Shown here: piece by piece, positions 28,466 through 37,397 of the stretch
Layout: every line of letters starts with the position of its first letter
Numbering within the stretch: the stretch's first letter is position 1
Assembly: GCA_964587515.1 (NCBI GenBank)
Contig: CAZPMO010000002.1
Coordinates: forward strand, 28,151 to 68,117
Direction of reading: 5' to 3'
Length of the DNA: 39,967 nt
From: an uncultured Rhodospirillaceae bacterium
GTDB taxonomy: Bacteria; Pseudomonadota; Alphaproteobacteria; MPNO01
Position numbers and translations under genes: made by a program
Notes under the pieces: model-generated
What the model was told of the DNA's origin: nothing
The model's database searches: none
What the model saw: only the letters and a program-made list of their open reading frames with translations

Positions 28466-29536
28466 TTACGCGGCGCGCGGCGTGGTGGCGAAGCGCGGCA
28501 TCACTTTCTCGGAGAACAGACGCATGGACGCGGCCGCCTTTCCCACATCCAGCATCTTGGTGTTGACCTGGAACGAGGCGATGTCGAAGCCGCCGGTCTG
28601 GCGCGTGAAGTCGGCGATCATGTCGCAGATTTCTTCCGGCGATCCCACCCAGGCGGCGGATTTCTCGCGCTGGGTATGGACATCTTCCTTCATCAACGCG
28701 CCGATCATCTTGTTGTAGCCGGGATAATCCTTGGTGCTGGCGCCCTTTTCCCAGTCGGAGGCGGCGTCGGCCAGCGTCCGGAAATAGGATTTCACCTCGG
28801 GCGCGGCCTCATCGAGGGCTTCCTCGGTGGTGGGCGCGCAATACATCATGATCGCCAGGGCGACCTGCCCCCTGCCGGGATGGCCGGCGGATTTCCAGGC
28901 ATCGTGATAGACCCCCAACAGATCGGCCAGCGCCGCGCCGCCAATCGGGTTGGCCATGCAGTGATAGCCGTTGCGGCCGGCGAATTCGAAGGTCTCCGGC
29001 GAATTCAGCGCCGCCACCCAGAACGGCGGATGGGGAAGCTGGGTCGGGCGCGGCAGCGAGGTGACGTTGGCGAACGAATGAAAACGTCCCTCGCAGGTCA
29101 CGTTCTCCTCGCTCAACAGGCGGCGGATCTGCTCCACGCCCTCATCGTAGCGCGCGCGGCTCTCGTCGAGGTCGACGCCGAAGCGGGCGAATTCATGGGG
29201 CAGGAATGCGCGCGCGAATCCAACGTCGAGCCGGCCGTCCGAGATCGCGTCGACCATGGCGATCTCGCCGGCGAGTTTGAGCGGGTTGTTGAACGCCGGC
29301 AGCACCGCGCCGGTAACCAGCCGCGCCTTGCGCGAGCGCTGCGAGGCGGCGACCAGGAAGACCAGTGGGCTCGGGCTGTAACCGCCATAGGGATGGAAGT
29401 AGTGCTCGACCGTGCGCACGTGGGTGTAGCCCAACTCGTCGCAAATGCCGACCAGATCGAGCGCGTCGCTCCAGTATTCGGCGCCGGATTTCTCTTCCGG
29501 CCCGACATTGGGGAAAAAGGCGATGCCGAATTCCAT
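28466..29536 (-). CDS. LLM-class (luciferase-like) flavin-dependent oxidoreductase
   Basis: EHYF..YGGYSPSP, NPLKLAGEIAMVDAISDGRL, PRPTQLPHPP, SMRLFSEKVMP. Confidence 0.93.
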   Translation of the reverse strand: MEFGIAFFPNVGPEEKSGAEYWSDALDLVGICDELGYTHVRTVEHYFHPYGGYSPSPLVFLVAASQRSRKARLVTGAVLPAFNNPLKLAGEIAMVDAISDGRLDVGFARAFLPHEFARFGVDLDESRARYDEGVEQIRRLLSEENVTCEGRFHSFANVTSLPRPTQLPHPPFWVAALNSPETFEFAGRNGYHCMANPIGGAALADLLGVYHDAWKSAGHPGRGQVALAIMMYCAPTTEEALDEAAPEVKSYFRTLADAASDWEKGASTKDYPGYNKMIGALMKEDVHTQREKSAAWVGSPEEICDMIADFTRQTGGFDIASFQVNTKMLDVGKAAASMRLFSEKVMPRFATTPRAA

Positions 29537-29541
29537 CGTTC

Positions 29542-30558
29542 TCAGACCTCCGCCATTTCCGCCGACATAAGCTCGTCGAACATACGCCGCGCCAACATCA
29601 CGCCGCGATCGGCTTCGATATTCATCATCAGGGTTTCCGGCGGGTCCAATTTCACCGTCTCGTGCTGGATTTTCAGCACGTCGGCGTCTTCTTCGAAGGT
29701 GAATTCGATGGCGCCGTGGATACGCTTGGTCAGATCCTCATCATCCTGGGCGAAGTGGCGCGAGACGCCCCAGAAATAGTGGGTGGTGTCCTCGGTCGCG
29801 GGGGTCAGCGCGTTCATCACCTCCCATTGCAGACCGTTGCCGAAATCGTTGGTGCCGGTATCGACGGCGCGCGCGTCGATCCAAACGAAGCCTGGCGCCT
29901 CGAAACGGACCGACTGATAGCGGTCGATATTGCCCTTGAACGCGACCGCCTGGGAAAACAGCGGCGGCGGCGTGCAGTCGCGGATGACGCGGTCGACATG
30001 CACCGCGCCGTTCTCGCGCCGCGCCTCGATGATCGGCGCCTCGGCAAGCTCGGCATGGCCGATGGTCTTGGCGTGGACGAAGGTTTCATGAGTGAGGTCG
30101 AGCAGATTGTCGACCACGAGCTGGTAATGGCAGTCGAACTGGCGCATGTCCTCGTTGACCGTCCAGTCGGGCTTTTCCATCCAGTGGAAATCGGGGATCA
30201 GGGACTCGTCGGCCTTATCCGCGTCGCCCATCCAGGCCCATACCCAGCGATGTTTCTCGACCAATTTCAGGCTGCGATTGCAAATTTGCGGCGGGACTTT
30301 TTCCTGGCCGGGAATGCGGATGCAGGCGCCATCGGGGTTGAAGACCAGCCCGTGATAGTCGCAGCGCACGTCGTCGCCCAGCAGGGTGCCCTGCGACAGC
30401 GCATAGCGGCGGTGGGCGCAACGATCGTCGAGCGCCACCGGGCGTCCGTCCTCGGTGCGATACATGACGTAGGGCTCGTTCAGCAGCCAGCGCTGTTTGA
30501 GCTCGCGGCCCAGCTCCTCGCTTCGCGCCGCGACATACCAGTAATTGCGCAGATACAT
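29542..30558 (-). CDS. Rieske non-heme iron oxygenase, VanA/O-demethylase-like
   Basis: RNYWYVAA, CAHR...CDYHG Rieske motif, DNLLDLTHETFVH, FEED. Confidence 0.93.
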   Translation of the reverse strand: MYLRNYWYVAARSEELGRELKQRWLLNEPYVMYRTEDGRPVALDDRCAHRRYALSQGTLLGDDVRCDYHGLVFNPDGACIRIPGQEKVPPQICNRSLKLVEKHRWVWAWMGDADKADESLIPDFHWMEKPDWTVNEDMRQFDCHYQLVVDNLLDLTHETFVHAKTIGHAELAEAPIIEARRENGAVHVDRVIRDCTPPPLFSQAVAFKGNIDRYQSVRFEAPGFVWIDARAVDTGTNDFGNGLQWEVMNALTPATEDTTHYFWGVSRHFAQDDEDLTKRIHGAIEFTFEEDADVLKIQHETVKLDPPETLMMNIEADRGVMLARRMFDELMSAEMAEV

Positions 30559-30640
30559 CTCGATCCCTCCCGGTTTATGACGCGGGTTATTCGGACTTTA
30601 TTCACGCACAGCCACTGGCGTGGATCAACCGCTATCGGCC

Positions 30641-31027
30641 TTAATCTATTACGGCGATGCCCTGAATTTCGACCATCATGTCGGGATGGGCGAAGCCCGC
30701 GCAGGTAATCATGGCGCTGGCCGGGAAACCGTCGGGAAAATATTCCGACCGGATATCGATAAAGCGGTCGCCGTGGCGCGAATCGATGATGAACACGGTC
30801 ATGGTCACCATGTCCTGAAGTCGGGCGCCGGCGCGCGTCAGCGTCGCCTCCAGCAGACGAAAGGACTCGCGCGTCTGTGCCTCGAAATCCCCGGCCAGCG
30901 AGTTGTCGTCGCCATCGTGCGGCGCGCCGTGGCCGGCGGCCCAGACCATGCGCCCGCCCGCGGTGACCACCGCCGGTGAAAAGGCGCGGCCTTCCTGCCA
31001 GGTCCCCTTATGAAAAACCCGTTCCAT
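30641..31027 (-). CDS. Rid (YjgF/UK114) family protein
   Basis: FSPAV, GDFEAQT, FPASAMI, MVEIQGIA. GGAAGGA RBS. Confidence 0.9.
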   Translation of the reverse strand: MERVFHKGTWQEGRAFSPAVVTAGGRMVWAAGHGAPHDGDDNSLAGDFEAQTRESFRLLEATLTRAGARLQDMVTMTVFIIDSRHGDRFIDIRSEYFPDGFPASAMITCAGFAHPDMMVEIQGIAVID

Positions 31028-31097
31028 GCTTCTGGTCCTTCCCTTCTTTCATCATCTTTCCAGGCAAATTTCTCGAACAACCCATTGTAAAACGGAG

Positions 31098-31430
31098 CGA
31101 ATCACCCACAAGGGTGATTCGGTGGACGGGGCCGCCCGAAAAGTTTGCAAAGAATTAACCATGGTTAACACAATATTTAACCAATTCCACGCTGAATCAA
31201 CATTACCTTAGAACACCTGTCCGATATTAAAAAGTCATATAAAAATAGAATCGGAAGGAGTCAAAATGGAGGCCAATAGATTCGATGAATCCAGTCAATA
31301 CACGCCTGTTCATTAGAATATTTCGAGTGCACTTGCTCAACTATGCTGGGAATAGTCTTTGTTCGTTCGAATTTGAATATGTTTAATGTTGTTTCTTTTC
31401 AATCAGATAAATAGAATCCGGACGCGAATC
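31098..31430. promoter_or_regulatory. AT-rich divergent intergenic region with 9 GANTC sites, a TTAACCATGGTTAA palindrome and a 10-bp hairpin
   Basis: GANTC at 31099, 31116, 31194, 31248, 31258, 31279, 31287, 31414, 31426. Palindrome at 31155-31168. cgaatcaccc-acaa-gggtgattcg at 31098-31121. Confidence 0.65.
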
Positions 31431-31455
31431 AAGGTGCCGGGTCGTGTGAGGGTGT

Positions 31456-31935
31456 ATGAAGTCTGATAACCGGGTCGATCTGTCCGGGATCACTTTTGGC
31501 GACGTGTTCGCGGGCTACCTGGTCCAGGATTACGATTCGGGCGTGCTGGCCGATATCGCCGGTCTGACCTACGGTGCCAACCTGACCTGGAACGTGACGC
31601 GCCTGACCACCGGAAATTTGCTTGTTTTTCGCCGGGTGGAAGAGACCACCCAGGGGCTTGCCTCGGGCGTCGTGAAGACCGGGGCCAACGTTTCCGTCGA
31701 TCATGAATTGCAGCGCAACCTGATCGTCACGCTCGGCGGTTCTTTTTCAGCGGAAAAATTCAAGGGCGCCACGCGCGAGGACGACTATCGCATATTAGTC
31801 GCCTCCGCGACCTACATGCTGAATCGTCACTTTCACCTTGAATTCGATTACAAATATTTGAATCGCAATTCCAATGAGGATGGCGGCGATCTGGCGTCCA
31901 ATATCATTTCACTGAGGCTGGTTTCCCAGTTCTAA
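31456..31935 (+). pseudogene. C-terminal part of an outer-membrane beta-barrel protein (BBP2/polysaccharide-export-associated type), apparently 5'-truncated
   Basis: Alternating beta-strand pattern, WNVTRLTT, VDHELQRN, REDD, YMLNR and terminal Phe. Only 159 aa with no signal peptide. Confidence 0.7.
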
Positions 31936-31978
31936 TTTCGCGGGTAGTGTAACGGCTTCACCGCGCGCCGGGATCACC

Positions 31979-33043
31979 GTGACCGTTCCAGCCGAAACTC
32001 TCACTATCCGCCGACCCGACGACTGGCACGTGCATCTGCGCGATGGCGACATGCTGAAGGCCGTCGTCGGGTTCACCACCCGCCGCTTCGCCCGCGCCAT
32101 CGTGATGCCCAACCTGACGCCGCCGGTGACCACGGCGGCGCTGGCGGCGGACTATCGCGAGCGCATTATCGCTTCATTGCCGCCGAATACCGAATTCACG
32201 CCATTGATGACGTGTTACCTCACCGACGCCGCCGATCCGTCTGATCTTCAAGCGGGCCATCGCGACGGCGTCTTCACGGCGGCCAAGCTTTATCCCGCAA
32301 ACGCGACCACTAATTCCGCTTTCGGCGTCACCGATATTACGCGGATTCACGGCGCGCTGGAATGCATGGAGCGGATCGGCATGCCGCTGCTGGTCCATGG
32401 CGAGGTGGTCGATCGCGAGGTCGACGTGTTTGACCGCGAGGCGGTGTTTATCGAGCGCGTGCTGACGCCTCTGCTGCGTGATTTTCCGGCGCTGAAATTG
32501 GTGTTCGAACACATCACCACCGAGGACGCGGTCGCATTCGTTCGCGCCGGAGACGCCCGACTCGCGGCCACCATCACGCCGCACCATCTGATGATCAGCC
32601 GCAATGCGATGTTCGAGGGCGGCATGCGCCCGCATATGTACTGTCTGCCGGTGGCCAAGCGCGAACGCCATCGGCTTGCGCTTCGCAAGGCGGCGACGTC
32701 GGGCGAAACAAGTTTCTTCCTGGGCACCGATTCAGCGCCGCACGCGATCGCGGCCAAGGAAACCGCGTGCGGCTGCGCCGGAATTTTCAACGCCCCGGCG
32801 GCGCTGGAATGTTACGCCCAGGTGTTCGAGGAGGAAGGCGCGCTCGACCGGCTCGCCGGTTTCGCGTCTGAACATGGCGCACAATTTTATGGCCTGCCGC
32901 TCAACGACGGCGCCGTTACTCTGGTACGCCGAAAATCAGCGGTTCCCGACAGAATCACCGTTTCCGGACCGGACGGCGCGGTCATGCCGTTTGCCATCGA
33001 TGCTGCGCTTGACTGGGTTGTCGAGACGGGAGACGCCGCATGA
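31979..33043 (+). CDS. pyrC: Dihydroorotase (homodimeric type)
   Basis: RRPDDWHVHLRDG, VMPNL, KLYPANATTNS, HGEV, FEHITT, YCLPVAK, FLGTDSAPH. Confidence 0.97.
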   Translation: MTVPAETLTIRRPDDWHVHLRDGDMLKAVVGFTTRRFARAIVMPNLTPPVTTAALAADYRERIIASLPPNTEFTPLMTCYLTDAADPSDLQAGHRDGVFTAAKLYPANATTNSAFGVTDITRIHGALECMERIGMPLLVHGEVVDREVDVFDREAVFIERVLTPLLRDFPALKLVFEHITTEDAVAFVRAGDARLAATITPHHLMISRNAMFEGGMRPHMYCLPVAKRERHRLALRKAATSGETSFFLGTDSAPHAIAAKETACGCAGIFNAPAALECYAQVFEEEGALDRLAGFASEHGAQFYGLPLNDGAVTLVRRKSAVPDRITVSGPDGAVMPFAIDAALDWVVETGDAA

Positions 33044-34059
33044 GCGACACCGTCAATCGCCAAATCCTGCTCCAGTCGCGCCCCCGGGGAATGCCGAAGG
33101 AATCGGATTTCCGCCTGGTCGAGACGCTGGTTCCCGAGCCGGGCGAGGGAGAGTTTCTCATACGTACGCTTTATTTATCCCTCGACCCCTATATGCGTGG
33201 ACGTATGCGAGATGCCCCGTCCTATGCGCCGCCATTTCCGCTGGGCGAGCCCGTGGGTGGCGGCATCGTGGGCGAGATCGCCGCCTCGCGGCATCCGGGG
33301 TTCGCGGTGGGCGATATCGTCGAGGGCAGGCTCGGCTGGCAGGAATATGGTGTTTCCGACGGCGCCGGCATGACCCTCATCGATCCCTCGCTCGCGCCGA
33401 TTTCGACCGCGCTCGGCATTCTCGGCATGCCGGGCCTGACCGCCTATTTCGGACTGCGTGAGGTCGGCCGACCGGAGCCGGGCAATACGGTCGTGGTAAC
33501 CTCGGCGGCCGGTGCGGTGGGCGCCGTCGTCGGGCAGATCGCGAAGATCAACGGGTGTCGTGTAATCGGAATCGCCGGCGGCGCGAAGAAAATTAATTAC
33601 ATCACGGAGGAGCTCGGCTTCGACGAGGGGATCGACTATCAGGCCGGCATCGATCTCGACGATGCGCTGGCGATCGCCTGTCCGGACGGCGTCGACGTCT
33701 ATTTCGATAATGTCGGCGGCGCCATCTCGGACGCGGTAATGAACCATCTCGCGCGCGGCGCGCGCATCGCGATCTGCGGCACTATCTCGCAGACCAGCCT
33801 GGAGAGTCCGGAGCTCGGCCCTCGTGTCCAGGGCAAGCTGATGACCGCCTGGGCGTCGATGCAGGCCTTCAACGTATTCCAGTTCCGCAACCGTCACGAC
33901 GAGGGACGGGTCCAGCTCGCGCGCTGGCTGGCCGAGGGAAAGCTTCGCTATCGCGAGGATGTGATCGAGGGACTGGAGGCCGCGCCGCGCGCGTTCATCG
34001 GCCTGCTGCGAGGCGAGAATTTCGGCAAACTGGTGGTAAAGGTGGCCGATACAGGGTGA
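33040..34059 (+). CDS. NADP-dependent alkenal/double-bond reductase (CurA/prostaglandin reductase family)
   Basis: YLSLDPYMRGRM, LGMPGLTAYFG, AAGAVG, YFDNVGG, GENFGKLVV. ATGA overlap with pyrC. Confidence 0.93.
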   Translation: MSDTVNRQILLQSRPRGMPKESDFRLVETLVPEPGEGEFLIRTLYLSLDPYMRGRMRDAPSYAPPFPLGEPVGGGIVGEIAASRHPGFAVGDIVEGRLGWQEYGVSDGAGMTLIDPSLAPISTALGILGMPGLTAYFGLREVGRPEPGNTVVVTSAAGAVGAVVGQIAKINGCRVIGIAGGAKKINYITEELGFDEGIDYQAGIDLDDALAIACPDGVDVYFDNVGGAISDAVMNHLARGARIAICGTISQTSLESPELGPRVQGKLMTAWASMQAFNVFQFRNRHDEGRVQLARWLAEGKLRYREDVIEGLEAAPRAFIGLLRGENFGKLVVKVADTG

Positions 34060-34153
34060 GACAGAACGTCTCAGCATGAGACTTGCGGTTTCAGCGACTC
34101 GATTCTCTGGTATGTTGGTCGCACCTCCAAGCTGGGGAATAAAGAGTCACTTC

Positions 34154-34903
34154 ATGGTTTCACAACAGCAAATCGAGGCGTTTCGTCGGGAAGGCTATCT
34201 GGTCCTGCCCGGGGTGTTCGATTCCGCGCAAATGAAAGAAATCACCGGATGGGTCGAGGAATTGCATTCCTGGCCCGAAACGCCGGGCAAGCACATGATG
34301 TATTTCGAGGAAAGCAGCCGAGCGGACAAACGGCGCATCCTCAACCGCATTGAAAATTTCTATCCCTACCACGAGATGATGGCCGACCTGTTGGACGACG
34401 AGATGCGCGCCGGCTGCGGCGAACTGTTCGGCGAGCCGGCGGTGCTGTTCAAGGAAAAGGTAAACTTCAAAATGCCCGGCGGCGGGGGCTTCGAGGCCCA
34501 CCAGGACGTGCAGGCGGGCTGGGACGATTATGTCGGCCTCGCGGTGACCGCGATGGTCACCATCGACGAGACCACGACCGAGAACGGCTGCTTGGAGATC
34601 GGCCGCTGGCGTCACCGCCAGGAGATGATCGGCGAGTTGTGGCGGCCCTTACAGCCAGCGGAGCTTGTCGAGGTCGATTTCACGCCGTTGCCCTCGAAGC
34701 CGGGCGATCTGGTGTTCTTCGATTCCTATGTGCCGCATCAATCGGCGCCCAATCTGACCGATGCACCCCGCCGGGTGCTCTACGTGACCTATAACCGCGC
34801 CTCCGACGGTGATCATTGCGAGCGGTATTACGCCGACAAGCGCAAATCCTATCCGCCGGATTGCGAACGCGACGCCGACAAGGTCTACGAATACAAGGTT
34901 TGA
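34154..34903 (+). CDS. Phytanoyl-CoA dioxygenase family Fe/2OG enzyme, 2-aminoethylphosphonate dioxygenase (PhnY*)-like
   Basis: WPETPGKHMMYFE, RIENF, LFKEKVNFKMPGG, HQD, ENGCL, YVPHQS, YVTYN, DKRKSYPPD. Resembles PhnY* from recall. Confidence 0.8.
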   Translation: MVSQQQIEAFRREGYLVLPGVFDSAQMKEITGWVEELHSWPETPGKHMMYFEESSRADKRRILNRIENFYPYHEMMADLLDDEMRAGCGELFGEPAVLFKEKVNFKMPGGGGFEAHQDVQAGWDDYVGLAVTAMVTIDETTTENGCLEIGRWRHRQEMIGELWRPLQPAELVEVDFTPLPSKPGDLVFFDSYVPHQSAPNLTDAPRRVLYVTYNRASDGDHCERYYADKRKSYPPDCERDADKVYEYKV

Positions 34904-36126
34904 GCCCGTCGGCTGCGCAGCACCACCATGGCCATGATCGAAATATTGAGCAGGTTCCAGACGATCCCGTTGAGGAAGGCCGACTGGTAAGACCCGGTCT
35001 GGTCGTAAATCCAGCCCGACACCCATCCGCCGAACGCCATACCGACAATTGTCGCCATGATGACGATACCGACCCGTTGCCCCGCTTCGCGCGCCGGCAT
35101 GAACTCGCGCACGATGAGCGCATAGCACGGGACGATGCCGCCCTGCGACAGGCCGAACGCGAATGAGATCACGTAAAGGGAAGTCGGACCGTCGAATGGC
35201 AGGAACAGCAGCAGCGCCAGGCATTGCAGGACCGATCCCAGCAGCAGCGTGCGCACGGCGCCGATATGATCGGCGAGAAAGCCCGAGCCGAGGCGACTGA
35301 AAATGCCGCCGAAGAACATCAGCGACAGCATCTCCGCGCCCCGAGTCGTGCCGAATCCCAGGTCGACCGCGTAGGCGACGATGTGGACCTGCGGCATCGA
35401 CATCGCGACGCAACAGCCGATGCCGGCGACGGCCAGCAGGGTCTGGAGCGCCCGCGGCGTGAGATCGATCGCCAGCAACGGCGGCGGATCAGCCGCGCCG
35501 CCGCCGGCATGAACCGCATGGGTCGGACGACGGCGCAGCATCAGCGCCAGCGGGACCATGGTCACAACACAGAATATGCCAATGCCGAAATAGGTCGCCC
35601 GCCAGCCCTCCGACTGGACGAAGCCCTGCAGCACCAACGGCCAGACGGAACCGCCGATATAATTGCCGCCCGCCGTGGCGGCCACCGCAACGCCTCGGCG
35701 GCGTTCGAACCAGTGCGATATATCGGCGATCAGCGGTCCGAAACTCGCCGCCGTCCCAATTCCGATCAGCACGCCCTGGATCACGGAGAACTGCCAGATC
35801 TCGGTGGTGAAGGACGCCGAGATGAACCCAACACCGAGCGCCATCCCCGCGCCGATCACCGGGATCGTGATGCCCAGCCGGTCGACATAGCGCCCGATCA
35901 ATACATTGCCGAGCGCGAATCCCACCATGGTCATGGTATAGGGCAGCGACGCGGTGCCCCGGTCGACGTCGAATTCGGACTGGACGGCGGGCAGAATAAG
36001 AACCGAGACCCACATGCCGACGCTGCCGATCAGCCCCAGCGTCACAGAAATTCCGAGGCGAAACCACGCGTATGATCCGTCGACGGGGCTCGCGCCCGAA
36101 CCCGCCGGCTTTTGTTCCGATGTCAC
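34885..36126 (-). CDS. MFS transporter
   Basis: About 12 TM segments, GRYVDRLG, GFLADHIG, GWIYDQTGSY. Confidence 0.93.
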   Translation of the reverse strand: MTSEQKPAGSGASPVDGSYAWFRLGISVTLGLIGSVGMWVSVLILPAVQSEFDVDRGTASLPYTMTMVGFALGNVLIGRYVDRLGITIPVIGAGMALGVGFISASFTTEIWQFSVIQGVLIGIGTAASFGPLIADISHWFERRRGVAVAATAGGNYIGGSVWPLVLQGFVQSEGWRATYFGIGIFCVVTMVPLALMLRRRPTHAVHAGGGAADPPPLLAIDLTPRALQTLLAVAGIGCCVAMSMPQVHIVAYAVDLGFGTTRGAEMLSLMFFGGIFSRLGSGFLADHIGAVRTLLLGSVLQCLALLLFLPFDGPTSLYVISFAFGLSQGGIVPCYALIVREFMPAREAGQRVGIVIMATIVGMAFGGWVSGWIYDQTGSYQSAFLNGIVWNLLNISIMAMVVLRSRRAQTLYS

Positions 36127-36210
36127 GATGGTTTCCCTTGAACAGCGCCGGAGACCCTACCACCCGGGCAGGGAAATTGACTAGTCCGCCGGGCGATCTA
36201 TGATCCGGGC

Positions 36211-37386
36211 ATGGAACAATTTTTGACGGGATTGGCGGCGGTTTCGCTGGCGGCGTGGATCTGGCTGCTGTTTCTGCGGGGCGGATTCTGGAAGTGCTCG
36301 GAAATGCTCAACGGCGCCGGGCCCGAGCCCGCCGAATGGCCCACGGTGGTGGCGATCGTGCCGGCGCGCAACGAGGCCGAAGTGATCGGCCGCGCGATCG
36401 AAAGACTTTCCGCCCAGGATTATCCGGGGTCGTTCTCGATCATCGTGGTCGACGACGACAGCGACGACGGCACGGCGGACGCCGCGCGAGCGGCTGACGA
36501 TTACGCCGCGCGAGCGCTCGATCTGGTCACGGGCGAGACGCCACCCGCCGGCTGGACGGGCAAGATGTGGGCGCTGCACGCCGGTCTCGCGCGCGCCGAC
36601 AAGATCGCCGCCGACGCGACCCTGGTGTGGTTCACCGACGCCGATATCGAGCACGATCCCGATACCCTCCGCCGGCTTGTCGCGAAGGCCGAGGCCGGCG
36701 CCTTCGATCTGGTCTCCACCATGGTGCTGTTGCATTGCCGAAGCTTCTGGGAGCGACTGTTGATCCCGCCCTTCGTGTTCTTTTTCCAGAAGCTTTACCC
36801 ATTTCCCCGCGTCAACGATCCCGCCTCGCCGGTCGCGGCGGCGGCCGGCGGCTGCATGCTGGTCCGGCGCGGCGCGCTGATGCGCATCGGCGGCATCGCG
36901 GCGATCCGCAACGAGTTGATCGACGATTGCGCGCTGGCCCGCGCCATCAAGCGCCAAGGGCCCATCTGGCTTGGGTTGACGCGCGCCTCGCGCAGCATCC
37001 GTCCCTATAGCACGCTTGCGCCGATCTGGAGCATGGTCGCGCGCACCGCGTTTCACCAGCTCGGCTATTCAGCGTTGCTGTTGGCGGGCACGGTCGCGGG
37101 AATGGTGATGTTATACGGTGTCCCGCCACTCGCGGTGTTCGGCGCGCCGCTGTATGACGCATTTTGGACGCAATCTCTCGGCACCCTGACATATTTTACC
37201 ATGGGGGTGGTGTTTTGGCCGACGGCGCGGCTTTATGGACAATCCGCGATTGCGGTACTGCTTCTCCCGGTCGCTGCTTTGTTCTATGTCGCCATGTGCC
37301 TCGATTCGGCGCGGCGGCACTGGATCGGCAGGGGCGGCACATGGAAGGCGCGACACCACGCGCCGGAAACAAGTTCGGCGCGGTAG
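36211..37386 (+). CDS. hpnB: Hopene-associated family 2 glycosyltransferase HpnB
   Basis: VPARNEA, VDDDSDDGT, GWTGKMWA, FTDADI, FFFQKLYPF, AAAGGCML, LIDDCALA, MVARTA. Lies directly upstream of hpnC. Confidence 0.9.
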   Translation: MEQFLTGLAAVSLAAWIWLLFLRGGFWKCSEMLNGAGPEPAEWPTVVAIVPARNEAEVIGRAIERLSAQDYPGSFSIIVVDDDSDDGTADAARAADDYAARALDLVTGETPPAGWTGKMWALHAGLARADKIAADATLVWFTDADIEHDPDTLRRLVAKAEAGAFDLVSTMVLLHCRSFWERLLIPPFVFFFQKLYPFPRVNDPASPVAAAAGGCMLVRRGALMRIGGIAAIRNELIDDCALARAIKRQGPIWLGLTRASRSIRPYSTLAPIWSMVARTAFHQLGYSALLLAGTVAGMVMLYGVPPLAVFGAPLYDAFWTQSLGTLTYFTMGVVFWPTARLYGQSAIAVLLLPVAALFYVAMCLDSARRHWIGRGGTWKARHHAPETSSAR

Positions 37387-37397
37387 GAAAACGACGA

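Noticed and set aside
26586-30708. Long plus-strand ORFs of 518, 659 and 447 aa
   Set aside because: Antisense shadows of well-supported minus-strand genes.
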